In this document: one piece after another, positions 1 to 8,854 of the stretch
How positions within the stretch are numbered: position 1 is the first letter of the stretch
Layout of the letters: each line of letters starts with the position of its first letter
Assembly: GCA_947643165.1 (NCBI GenBank)
Contig: CANRVB010000003.1
Span: forward strand, 66,020 to 130,019
Length of the DNA stretch: 64,000 nt
Reading direction: 5' to 3'
Origin: an uncultured Porphyromonadaceae bacterium
GTDB taxonomy: Bacteria > Bacteroidota > Bacteroidia > Bacteroidales > Muribaculaceae
The notes under the pieces: model-generated
Seen by the model: the letters and a program-made list of their open reading frames with translations, nothing else
The model's database searches: none
Told to the model about the DNA's origin: nothing
Program-made: the position numbers and the translations under genes

Positions 1-1439
1 GTGTTGCCGAAAGCCTTTGCAGCAGCGGCAGCATCGCCTTGCTTCATGTAGTAAACACCAAGAGCCTCGTTGAGCTCGGGGAGACCGGCAGCGCTACCGA
101 AGGCACGGTTTGCAGCTGTGTAGTCGCCATTGAGCAGAGAGATGAGACCGAGGTTCATCTGAGCTTCAGCGCTCTGGGGGTTGAGCTGTGCAGCCTTGGC
201 GAAGTTAGCCTGAGCAGCAGCATAGTTGCCTTCAGCGTACTGGGTCATACCAAGGTTGTTGAATGTGCGGTAGTCGTTGGGATAGAGCTGCGAAGCCTTC
301 TGATAGATAGCGCTCTTGCGAGCGGGAACGTCAGTAAGAGTAGCAGCGTAGAGGATCTCGTCGATGCTGAGAGCAGCGGGATCGTTGTCGAAGAAGCTGT
401 TGATCTGCTCATCGCTCTTGCCGATAACGTTGACAGAAGCGGTGAGGCGAGAGTAACGGAGCTCGGGGAGAATTTCTGTAGCCAGAGTCTCGAATACGTT
501 GCTGAGGTTCTGGATTTCGGCCATACGCTGTTCGGGATCCTTGTACATGTTGAGGATGCTCAGGATAAGTTCCTTGTCCTGGATGTTGCTTGCCTGAACG
601 AGCTTCTGGAAGCCTTCCCAGTCTTCTGGGGTGAACTGAGCGGTGAGTTCGCCAAATTCGGTGATCTCGTCCTTCTGGAGTTTCTTCTCGAGATAAGCCT
701 TAGTGTTCTTCTCGCGGTGTTCAGCCAGACGAGTGTTGAAGTCGTACGGGCCGTCGGGAGAAGCGTAAGAAGAGATGTTGAGGCCTTCGATAACGCGAGC
801 GGTATCGGCGTTAGCAGCGAGCAGGTCGCTGTTGAAAGAGTTCATCTCGTCGGTTGTGAGCTGGCCCGGACGGATGTTGGCCATATTGATGAGGAAGCGG
901 ATATCAGCGGTGTACTTCTCATTGATGATGCGCTGGAACTTGTCGGGAGCGATAGCGGGGTTAACAGAACCTGCATCGGCGAGAGCGGCAGTAGCGATAA
1001 CACCGTTAGCAACCTTAACGCGGGGAAGCACGTACTGCTTCTTGCCCTGCTTAACGCTGAAGTCGAGGTAGAGCTCAGACTTCTGCATAGCGGGCTGATA
1101 AACGAAGTTAACGGGGATAGTGAACACACCGCCGTTGCTGTAGCTAACCACGGGAGCGTTGCCACGTACCTTTTCGCCCTGGAAGTTTGAAGCAGCGCTT
1201 GAAGTAGACTGTCCACCGTAAACGAGAACGGGAGTCACGGTCACTTCGGCATTCTTCTTGAAGAACTTGGCAGGAACATTTGCCGTAACTGTAGCGGGTA
1301 CGTTAGTACCAACTACTTCGAGGGGGTTGGGGTTTGTAGTGAAGTAATCAGCCTGGAACTGATTCATCTTCTTGTTACAACCTGTCAACACAAGCATACC
1401 TCCTGCAACGAGGAGCGCATAGCTAAGATTTCTCTTCAT
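1..1439 (-). CDS. OmpA-like/TPR-containing lipoprotein (partial, runs off the left edge)
   Basis: Read by hand on the minus strand from ATG 1439: MKRNLSYALLVAGGMLVLTGC (lipobox), then an OmpA-like segment YASPDGPYDFNTRLAE and C-terminal TPR-like repeats (NNLGMTQ). Not in the ORF track because it is open-ended. Confidence 0.85.
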   Translation of the reverse strand, partial: MKRNLSYALLVAGGMLVLTGCNKKMNQFQADYFTTNPNPLEVVGTNVPATVTANVPAKFFKKNAEVTVTPVLVYGGQSTSSAASNFQGEKVRGNAPVVSYSNGGVFTIPVNFVYQPAMQKSELYLDFSVKQGKKQYVLPRVKVANGVIATAALADAGSVNPAIAPDKFQRIINEKYTADIRFLINMANIRPGQLTTDEMNSFNSDLLAANADTARVIEGLNISSYASPDGPYDFNTRLAEHREKNTKAYLEKKLQKDEITEFGELTAQFTPEDWEGFQKLVQASNIQDKELILSILNMYKDPEQRMAEIQNLSNVFETLATEILPELRYSRLTASVNVIGKSDEQINSFFDNDPAALSIDEILYAATLTDVPARKSAIYQKASQLYPNDYRTFNNLGMTQYAEGNYAAAQANFAKAAQLNPQSAEAQMNLGLISLLNGDYTAANRAFGSAAGLPELNEALGVYYMKQGDAAAAAKAFGN

Positions 1440-1697
1440 AATAGTTGAAAACGTTGAGATATGATGAATTTTAAATAAAATTTACAGTTTTGCGGCCATC
1501 GGCTACTGCCGAGGGCAAAGAACGGTGCAAATATAGTCATTTTTCACAGCATTTCATTGAGGACCGAGCGCATTTTTTAACAAAAAACGTTTTTGTAAGG
1601 CAAATCACAGTGTTTGTGGATTATTATATGTAATTTTGCCGCTGAATATTTCCGGACGGAAAACATTGAAACACAATCATAGAAGTAAAAATTGCCG

Positions 1698-3596
1698 ATG
1701 AGAAAATGGCGCATTGACGACAGCTCAGAGCTGTACAACATCAATGGATGGGGACTCAAGTATTTCTCCATCAACGAAAAAGGGCACGTGGCCGTAACGC
1801 CGCGCGACGGTTACGCATCTGTCGACCTGAAGGAGCTAATGGATGAACTTCAGGTGCGCGATGTGACCGCACCGGTCCTTCTTCGTTTCCCTGACATTCT
1901 TGACAACCGTATCGAGAAGATATCAAAGTGTTTTGCAAATGCGGCTACCGAATACGGGTATACCGCCCAAAACTACATTATATATCCGATCAAGGTGAAT
2001 CAGATGCGCCCCGTAGTGGAGGAGATAGTGTCGCACGGGCGCAAGTTCAACATCGGCCTTGAGGCAGGCTCAAAGCCGGAGCTTCATGCAGTACTCGCGA
2101 CAAACATAGCGGATGACGCGCTGATAATATGCAACGGCTACAAGGATGAGAACTTCATCGAACTGGCCCTACTTGCCCAGAAGATGGGACGCCGCATATA
2201 TCTCGTAGTAGAGAAGCTTCATGAACTAAAGCTGATGGCGGAGGTCGCCCAGCGGATCGGAATAGCACCGAACATAGGTATCCGCATCAAGCTATCATCG
2301 ACCGGCTCGGGCAAGTGGGAAGAGAGCGGCGGCGACCAAAGCAAATTCGGCCTGAACTCAAGCGAGCTTCTGGAGGCACTTGACTTTCTGGAGCGCAACA
2401 ACATGACCTCATGCCTGAAGCTGATCCACTTCCACATAGGAAGTCAGGTAACAAAAATACGCCGCATCAAGAATGCGCTCCGCGAGGCAACGCAATTCTA
2501 TGTGCAGCTCACGTCGATGGGCTTCAACATAGACTTCGTAGATATAGGAGGCGGTCTGGGTGTGGACTATGACGGCACCCGCAACTCCACTTCGGAGAGT
2601 TCGATGAACTACAGCATACAGGAGTATGCGAACGATGCCATATCGGCACTTGTGGACGCCTGTGTGAAGAACAACATATCACAGCCGAACATAATAACCG
2701 AGAGCGGCCGTTCGCTGACGGCACACCACAGTGTGCTGATATTCCAGGTGATGGAGACGACCTCGCTGCCGATATGGAAAGACAACGAGGAGATAGACGA
2801 GAACGCGCATGAGCTGGCACGGGAGATGTATGACATCTGGGACCGTCTGAACCAGCCGCGTCTGCTGGAGAGCTGGCACGACGCGCTACAGATACGTGAG
2901 GAGACACTGGATCTGTTCAGCCTCGGTCTGATAGACCTGCGCACACGCGCCACGATAGAGAAGCTGTTCTGGTCGATAGCCCGCGAGGTGGGCGAGATGG
3001 CATCGTCGCTCAAGCATGCGCCCGAGGAGCTGCGCAAGATATCAAAGATGATCGCAGACAAATACTTCTGCAACTTCAGCCTGTTCCAGTCGCTCACGGA
3101 CTCATGGGCGATAGACCAGGTATTTCCGATCATGCCGATCTCGCGTCTGGACGAGCGTCCGTCGCGCACATGCACGATACAGGACATAACCTGTGACAGC
3201 GACGGCAAGATAGCCAACTTCATCACCGGCCACGGCACATCGTCGTCGCTTCCGGTGCATCCGGTGAAGGCGAACGAGCCTTACTATATGGGAGTGTTTC
3301 TCGTAGGCGCTTACCAGGAGATACTGGGCGACATGCACAATCTGTTCGGCGACACGAATGCTGTACACATATCGGTATACAAGGACCGCTATGAGATAGA
3401 CCGCATAATAGATGGCGAGACAGTGGCGGATGTACTGGACTACGTGCAGTTTAACGCCAAACGACTTGTGCGCAACCTCGAGACATGGGTAACATCGTCG
3501 ATGAAGGCGGGCCGCATATCGCCGGAAGAGGGACGCGAGTTCCTGTCGAACTACCGTTCGGGTCTTTACGGCTACACGTATCTGGAGACTGAGTAA
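1698..3596 (+). CDS. speA: Biosynthetic arginine decarboxylase
   Basis: YPIKVNQ PLP lysine, GLEAGSKPEL, HFHIGSQ, DITCDSDG; start at MRKWRIDDS. Confidence 0.96.
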   Translation: MRKWRIDDSSELYNINGWGLKYFSINEKGHVAVTPRDGYASVDLKELMDELQVRDVTAPVLLRFPDILDNRIEKISKCFANAATEYGYTAQNYIIYPIKVNQMRPVVEEIVSHGRKFNIGLEAGSKPELHAVLATNIADDALIICNGYKDENFIELALLAQKMGRRIYLVVEKLHELKLMAEVAQRIGIAPNIGIRIKLSSTGSGKWEESGGDQSKFGLNSSELLEALDFLERNNMTSCLKLIHFHIGSQVTKIRRIKNALREATQFYVQLTSMGFNIDFVDIGGGLGVDYDGTRNSTSESSMNYSIQEYANDAISALVDACVKNNISQPNIITESGRSLTAHHSVLIFQVMETTSLPIWKDNEEIDENAHELAREMYDIWDRLNQPRLLESWHDALQIREETLDLFSLGLIDLRTRATIEKLFWSIAREVGEMASSLKHAPEELRKISKMIADKYFCNFSLFQSLTDSWAIDQVFPIMPISRLDERPSRTCTIQDITCDSDGKIANFITGHGTSSSLPVHPVKANEPYYMGVFLVGAYQEILGDMHNLFGDTNAVHISVYKDRYEIDRIIDGETVADVLDYVQFNAKRLVRNLETWVTSSMKAGRISPEEGREFLSNYRSGLYGYTYLETE

Positions 3597-3602
3597 GGAT
3601 AT

Positions 3603-4379
3603 ATGCCGCAGCGCTATTTCATGAAGCTGGCCTTCCGCGGGGAGCCATTCCACGGCTGGCAACGACAGCCCGGAGCGGTAAGCGTGCAGCAGGTGATAGA
3701 GGAGTCGCTGGCACGGATAACGCGTCAGGACGCGGTAGCTGTGACCGGGGCGGGCCGGACGGATGCGGGCGTCAACGCCTCGATGATGGTGGCACACTTC
3801 GACCTGCCGCAGGCGATAGCCGATACAGGGACGCTTGTGCGCGCGCTAAATTCGCTATGTGGCCGCGACATAGCGGTGAGCGACATAGTGGCGGTACACA
3901 GTGACGCACACGCTCGCTTCGATGCCATAGCCCGAACGTACCACTACTATGCCGTAGGCGAGAAAGATCCATTCGTGTACCCGCTGACATGGCGGGCACC
4001 GGCAACACTTGACTATGATGCGATGAACCAGGCGGCCGCGATGCTGCTCGAAACAGAAGACTTCACATCGTTTGCCAAACTGCACAGCGACGCCCGCACG
4101 AATCTGTGCAATGTGACCAGAGCGGAATGGATACCGACACCAGGCGGAAGAGGCATGACATTCGTAATCACAGCCAACCGTTTTCTGCGCAATATGGTCC
4201 GCGCGGTTGTGGGGACGCTTGTGGAGGTAGGCCGTGGTAAACTGACCATAGAGGGTTTCGGGCAGGTGATAAATGACCGGGACCGGTGTTCGGCGGGCAC
4301 GTCGATGCCACCGCAGGCACTGTTTCTTGCGGACGTGAAGTATCCGTACGCATTGTGGCCAGAAGATCAGCTGCCATAG
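3603..4379 (+). CDS. truA: tRNA pseudouridine(38-40) synthase
   Basis: GWQRQ, GAGRTDAGV, HARFDA, FLRNMVR motifs. Confidence 0.96.
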   Translation: MPQRYFMKLAFRGEPFHGWQRQPGAVSVQQVIEESLARITRQDAVAVTGAGRTDAGVNASMMVAHFDLPQAIADTGTLVRALNSLCGRDIAVSDIVAVHSDAHARFDAIARTYHYYAVGEKDPFVYPLTWRAPATLDYDAMNQAAAMLLETEDFTSFAKLHSDARTNLCNVTRAEWIPTPGGRGMTFVITANRFLRNMVRAVVGTLVEVGRGKLTIEGFGQVINDRDRCSAGTSMPPQALFLADVKYPYALWPEDQLP

Positions 4380-4420
4380 TATTTTTGCATCGGCAAGCGC
4401 CGATGATGGAAAAAAATATG

Positions 4421-4428
4421 TAACTTTG
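4421..4428 (+). promoter_or_regulatory. Bacteroidetes housekeeping -7 promoter element for rnpB
   Basis: TAACTTTG matches TAnnTTTG, about 16 nt before the RNA 5' end. Confidence 0.65.
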
Positions 4429-4444
4429 CAAACACAGCGACAAG

Positions 4445-4810
4445 ATCCGGAAGTGCATTCCGTCGCCGTCTGACGTATGAGCGGACGGAGGAAAGTCCGG
4501 GCAACACAGAGCGCCATATTCTCTAACGGGGAGCTATCGGTAACGGTAGAGTATCGTGACAGAAAACAACCGCCTGTGCCGCAAGGGACAGGTAAGGGTG
4601 AAAAGGCGAGGTAAGAGCTCACCGGGCGCTATGGCAACATAGCGTGCCGCACGACTTATGGGTTGCAATGCCAAGTATACCGGCAGTATGTAGGACTGCT
4701 CGTCCGATGCCGGGGGGTAGGCAGCGCAGATAAATGACGGAACGACCCCGCAGGCCCGGCATAGCCGGCAGCGGCGGGACGACATAACCCGGCTTACAGC
4801 ATCTCCGGAT
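4445..4810 (+). ncRNA. rnpB: RNase P RNA (type A)
   Basis: Conserved GAGGAAAGTCCGGGC near the 5' end, GGTAAGGGTGAAAAGG..GGTAAGAGC, CAGATAAATGAC and AACCCGGCTTA near the 3' end; the ends ATCCGGA/TCCGGAT pair as P1. Confidence 0.93.
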
Positions 4811-5082
4811 ATTGTCGCTGCTTTTTATTCAGAGTGTGCTTAATAATAAAACTTAAAATGAATCGTCCGCAAAATCAGCAAAGTGGTTGTCGCCAACCAT
4901 CTGCCAATTTCACTCAACGGACATATTTCAATTGTCAATGTCTTATTAAACGCACTCTCAATTGACCATCAACATACGACCGGGAGCAAACAGAAGAGCT
5001 CCGTAGATTGTATATATATAGAAAAGAGCTTCCGGCAACGGAAGTACTCACAGAATAAACAACACGACTCAAACCAGAATTT

Positions 5083-5784
5083 ATGAAAGCTTTAAAGACA
5101 CTCTGTTCTGCCGCATTGGCAGCTTGCCTGTTGCTCGCAACAAGTTGCAGCAGTATGACAAATCTTGGTAAAGGCGCAGCAATAGGCGGTGGCGGCGGCG
5201 CAGCCGCAGGTGCCGGCATAGGAGCCCTGATAAACGGAGGCAAAGGCGCAGCTATAGGCAGTGCAATCGGCGCGGCAGTAGGAGCCGGCGCAGGTATGCT
5301 CATCGGCAAGAAGATGGACAAGCAGAAGGCTGAACTCGAGGCCCAACTTCAGAATACAGCCACAGTAGACACTGTGACCGACACAAACGGCCTGACCGCC
5401 ATACGCGTGACATTTGACGGAGGTATCCTCTTCCCCACCAACGGCACAACCCTGAGCCAGAGCGCCCGCAAGGATCTGACCAAGTTTGCAGCATCGCTGC
5501 TGGCCAACCCTGACACGGATGTACGCATATACGGTTTCACAGACAACACCGGCTCGATGGCAGTAAACACACGAGTAGCGAACGGACGCGCAGAGGCAGT
5601 GTACACATATCTGCTTGACAGCGGTATACCGGCATCGCGTCTGTATGCGGAGGGCCGCCCGATGACAGACTATGTAGCATCGAACGCCACAGAGGCCGGA
5701 CGCGCACAGAACCGCCGCGTAGAGATATACATCATGGCCAACAAAGCTATGATAGAGAAGGCAGAAAACGGAACACTGCAATAA
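5083..5784 (+). CDS. OmpA-family lipoprotein with glycine zipper
   Basis: Lipobox LATSC, GAAIG repeats, GFTDNTG and NRRVE peptidoglycan-binding motifs. Confidence 0.92.
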   Translation: MKALKTLCSAALAACLLLATSCSSMTNLGKGAAIGGGGGAAAGAGIGALINGGKGAAIGSAIGAAVGAGAGMLIGKKMDKQKAELEAQLQNTATVDTVTDTNGLTAIRVTFDGGILFPTNGTTLSQSARKDLTKFAASLLANPDTDVRIYGFTDNTGSMAVNTRVANGRAEAVYTYLLDSGIPASRLYAEGRPMTDYVASNATEAGRAQNRRVEIYIMANKAMIEKAENGTLQ

Positions 5785-5856
5785 ATAAAAAACAGACCTG
5801 ATATACGGCCGCCCTGAAGCATAAGCTTGAGTGCGGCCGATTTTTTCAGACCGGAC

Positions 5857-6693
5857 ATGAAACGGATCCTTACAATCATTACCATCATTCTGACAATAAC
5901 AAGCTCCACCATGGCCCAGGCACTGACCCAACACAAGGGGGAGGTGGAGAACGGCTACAACTTCTGGCTGTATAATCCAGACAGCATAGTGGCCAACGAG
6001 ACGGAGCCAAAACCAGTGATAATATTTCTGCACGGGGCAAGCCTGTGCGGAAATAATCTTGACAAGGTAAAAACCTACGGCACCATAGACGCCATTCAGA
6101 AGGGGCGCAAACTTGACGCATATGTGATAGCGCCTCAGAATCCGGGCGGATCATGGAATCCGGAAAAGGTGATGAATGTGCTGGACTATGTGAGCGATGA
6201 GCACAACATAGACTATGACCGGGTATATGTGGCCGGAATGAGCCTTGGCGGATTCGGGACGATAGATGTGGCGGCAACCTACCCTGACCGGATAGCGGCC
6301 GCGATAGCCATGTGCGGCGGAGGAACGGTGGCCGATCTGTCGGGACTATGCGAAGTGCCGCTATGGATAATCCACGGCACGGCAGACAGAGCTGTAGGAG
6401 TGGGACAGAGCGACAAGGTTGTGGAGGAGATAAGGAATGCCGACGAGGAGGCTCCAAGGCTGGTGTATGACCGGGTAAAGGGCTGGACGCACGGGACACC
6501 GGCGCGTCTGTTCTATCTGCCGGAAACATACGAATGGCTGATGGGCCACACGCTCAAGGATCCGACACGGTCGATAAATGATACATTCAAACTGAACAAT
6601 GAGCTGCTCAGTAACGCCTACAAAGGGCTGCGCAGCACGGGATCGAAGAAGAAAACAAAGCGACGCGCACCCAAACGTGCCCGCAAGATATAA
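5857..6693 (+). CDS. Secreted alpha/beta hydrolase (predicted peptidase/esterase)
   Basis: Signal peptide MKRILT.., IFLHG, GMSLGG nucleophile elbow, HGTAD; basic C-terminal tail. Confidence 0.85.
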   Translation: MKRILTIITIILTITSSTMAQALTQHKGEVENGYNFWLYNPDSIVANETEPKPVIIFLHGASLCGNNLDKVKTYGTIDAIQKGRKLDAYVIAPQNPGGSWNPEKVMNVLDYVSDEHNIDYDRVYVAGMSLGGFGTIDVAATYPDRIAAAIAMCGGGTVADLSGLCEVPLWIIHGTADRAVGVGQSDKVVEEIRNADEEAPRLVYDRVKGWTHGTPARLFYLPETYEWLMGHTLKDPTRSINDTFKLNNELLSNAYKGLRSTGSKKKTKRRAPKRARKI

Positions 6694-6700
6694 AAAAGGA

Positions 6701-6739
6701 ATTCCGGCGCATGGAGCGAATCGCTCCATGCGCCGGAAT
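6701..6739. terminator. Bidirectional terminator hairpin between convergent genes
   Basis: Perfect 19-bp inverted repeat ATTCCGGCGCATGGAGCGA-A-TCGCTCCATGCGCCGGAAT with an A-run on the left. Confidence 0.75.
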
Positions 6740-6765
6740 CAGTATTTCAGTAGTGTCGCAGGATA

Positions 6766-8814
6766 TCAGCTGATGATGCCGTCGCGCCGCAGGAGTGCCT
6801 CGATGCCGGCGTCGTGGCCGCGGAAGTTGCGGTAGAGGACGGCGGGATCGTCGGATCCTCCGCGCTCAAGAATGTTGTGACGGAAGGATGAGGCGGCGGC
6901 GTGATCGATTGTGCCGGCGGTATGGTCGACAAGTGCGTCGAAGGCATCGGCGGCCAACACTTCGGCCCACTTGTAGGAGTAGTAGCCCGCGGCATATCCG
7001 CCGGCAAATATATGGCTGAACTGGGGAGATATGGCTGTACCCTCGGGTTCGTCGAATATTCTTACGGGAGCGGTGGCCGCACGCTCGAACGCGACAGGGT
7101 CGGCCGCTGCCTGAGCGGCTTCGGCTTCGGTGGCGATGGTGTGCCATGCCATATCGAGGAAACCGAATCCAAGCTGGCGCATACACTGGTAGGCGGCTCC
7201 GAATGTCTGGGACCGGCGCCAAGCCTCCACGTAGTCGGCAGGGACCGGCTGACCGGTGGCGTAATGACGGGCCGCCTCGTCAAGAAACTCGGGACGGGTG
7301 GCAAAGCCTTCGTTCATCTGTGAGGGCAACTCAACGAAGTCGCGGCGCACGGATGTGCCGGAGGTGGATGAGTATTTACAACGGCTAAGGAGGCCGTGAA
7401 GCGCATGTCCGAATTCGTGGAAAAGTGTCTCCACCTCGCGCGGGCGCAAGAGGGCTGGCCGATCTGCGGCAGGGGGAGCGAAATTGGTGACGATGGTGAT
7501 ATGGGGGCGCAGGTCGCGGGCAGAAGCATCGATGTGCTGCGGGCGGAATTCGGTCATCCAGGCACCCGGGCGCTTTGTGTCGCGGGTGTAGAAGTCCATA
7601 TAGAGGAGGCCGATATAGCTGCCGTCGGCATCGTTGACCTGGTAGACGCGGACATCATCATGATAGCGGTCGATATCCTCGCGCAACACGAACCGGAGAC
7701 CATAGAGCTTACCGGCTACACCAAGCATAGAGCTGACAACACGGTCGAGCGGGAGATATGGGCGCAGGGCTTCCTCGTCGAAGCTGTAGCGCTCCTTGCG
7801 GAGGCGGTCGGCGTAGTAGGAGTAGTCCCACGGCTGAAGCTGATGGCCGGCAATGGCCGTAAGTTCGGCCAGCTCGCGGTCGAGAGGCTTGCGATAGGCT
7901 TCGCGCAACTCATTGAGCAGCCGCATAACGGCCTGTGGGGTATGGGCCATGTTGCGGTCGACAATGAGGGAGGCGGCGTCGGGAAATCCGAGCAGCGCGG
8001 CACGCTCGCGGCGCAGGGCGGCGATACGGGAGAGTATCTTCATGTTGTCGCGCGGTCCGCCTATGTTACGGCTGCAGTAGGCCATGTAGAACTTGCGGCG
8101 CACATCACGGTTGACGGCGCTCTTCATGACGGCCATATATGTAGGCTGATCAAGGCCGAAGCGGAGGGTATCGGGGCCGAGCCCGGCGGCGGCAGCAGCG
8201 GAGGCCGCAGGCCCGGTAAGTTCGTCGGATATGCCTTCGGCAAGGTTGACGGGGATGTCGACCTTGCGGTCGTTGAGCTCGGAAAGCACATTGTTGGCAA
8301 ACTTTGTGGTGAGCTCGGAGAGTTCGCGCGAGATCTGCTTCATGCGCCGGCGGTCGTCGCCCTGGAGCAAGGCACCGTTGCGCTCGAAGGAGAAATAGCG
8401 ATTTTCGAGGAGCATCATGTCCTCGCGGTCAAGATGAAGGAGATGACGGTTGTCGTAGACGGTGCGGACACGCTCCCACAATTCAGCGTTGAGAGCTATG
8501 GCCATAGAAAACTCGGAGAGCTTGGGGCTTATGCGCTCCTCAATTTCCATCATAGCGGGTGTGCTCATGGCTGAAGAGAGGGGGTCGAAGGCGTAGAGGA
8601 CACGGTCGAGGTCGGCGCCGACTCTCTCAAGGGCCAGAATGGTATTGTCCATGTCGGGGGCGGCGGGATTGCCGGCGATCGCATCGATCTCGGCCAATGC
8701 TTTTTCTATTCCACGCTCAATGGCCGGCTCGTACATATCGGCAGTGATACGACTGAAGGGGATGGAGCCGTCGGGGGTGTCTTTGAAGTCTTCAAAAAAT
8801 ATGTTTTCTGTCAT
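6766..8814 (-). CDS. dcp: M3 family metallopeptidase (peptidyl-dipeptidase Dcp-like)
   Basis: HEFGHALH zinc motif, DFVELPSQ, FSHIFAGGYAAGYYSYKWAE. Confidence 0.9.
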   Translation of the reverse strand: MTENIFFEDFKDTPDGSIPFSRITADMYEPAIERGIEKALAEIDAIAGNPAAPDMDNTILALERVGADLDRVLYAFDPLSSAMSTPAMMEIEERISPKLSEFSMAIALNAELWERVRTVYDNRHLLHLDREDMMLLENRYFSFERNGALLQGDDRRRMKQISRELSELTTKFANNVLSELNDRKVDIPVNLAEGISDELTGPAASAAAAAGLGPDTLRFGLDQPTYMAVMKSAVNRDVRRKFYMAYCSRNIGGPRDNMKILSRIAALRRERAALLGFPDAASLIVDRNMAHTPQAVMRLLNELREAYRKPLDRELAELTAIAGHQLQPWDYSYYADRLRKERYSFDEEALRPYLPLDRVVSSMLGVAGKLYGLRFVLREDIDRYHDDVRVYQVNDADGSYIGLLYMDFYTRDTKRPGAWMTEFRPQHIDASARDLRPHITIVTNFAPPAADRPALLRPREVETLFHEFGHALHGLLSRCKYSSTSGTSVRRDFVELPSQMNEGFATRPEFLDEAARHYATGQPVPADYVEAWRRSQTFGAAYQCMRQLGFGFLDMAWHTIATEAEAAQAAADPVAFERAATAPVRIFDEPEGTAISPQFSHIFAGGYAAGYYSYKWAEVLAADAFDALVDHTAGTIDHAAASSFRHNILERGGSDDPAVLYRNFRGHDAGIEALLRRDGIIS

Positions 8815-8854
8815 GATGATGATAATGCTGATACAGGCGTTGGAAGGTTGATGG

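Noticed and set aside
39-1190. 383-aa + strand ORF
   Set aside because: Antisense shadow of the real minus-strand lipoprotein gene (1-1439); no motifs.
4534-4785. 83-aa minus-strand ORF
   Set aside because: Lies antisense within rnpB.
7396-8574. 392-aa + strand ORF
   Set aside because: Shadow of the GC-rich dcp gene.
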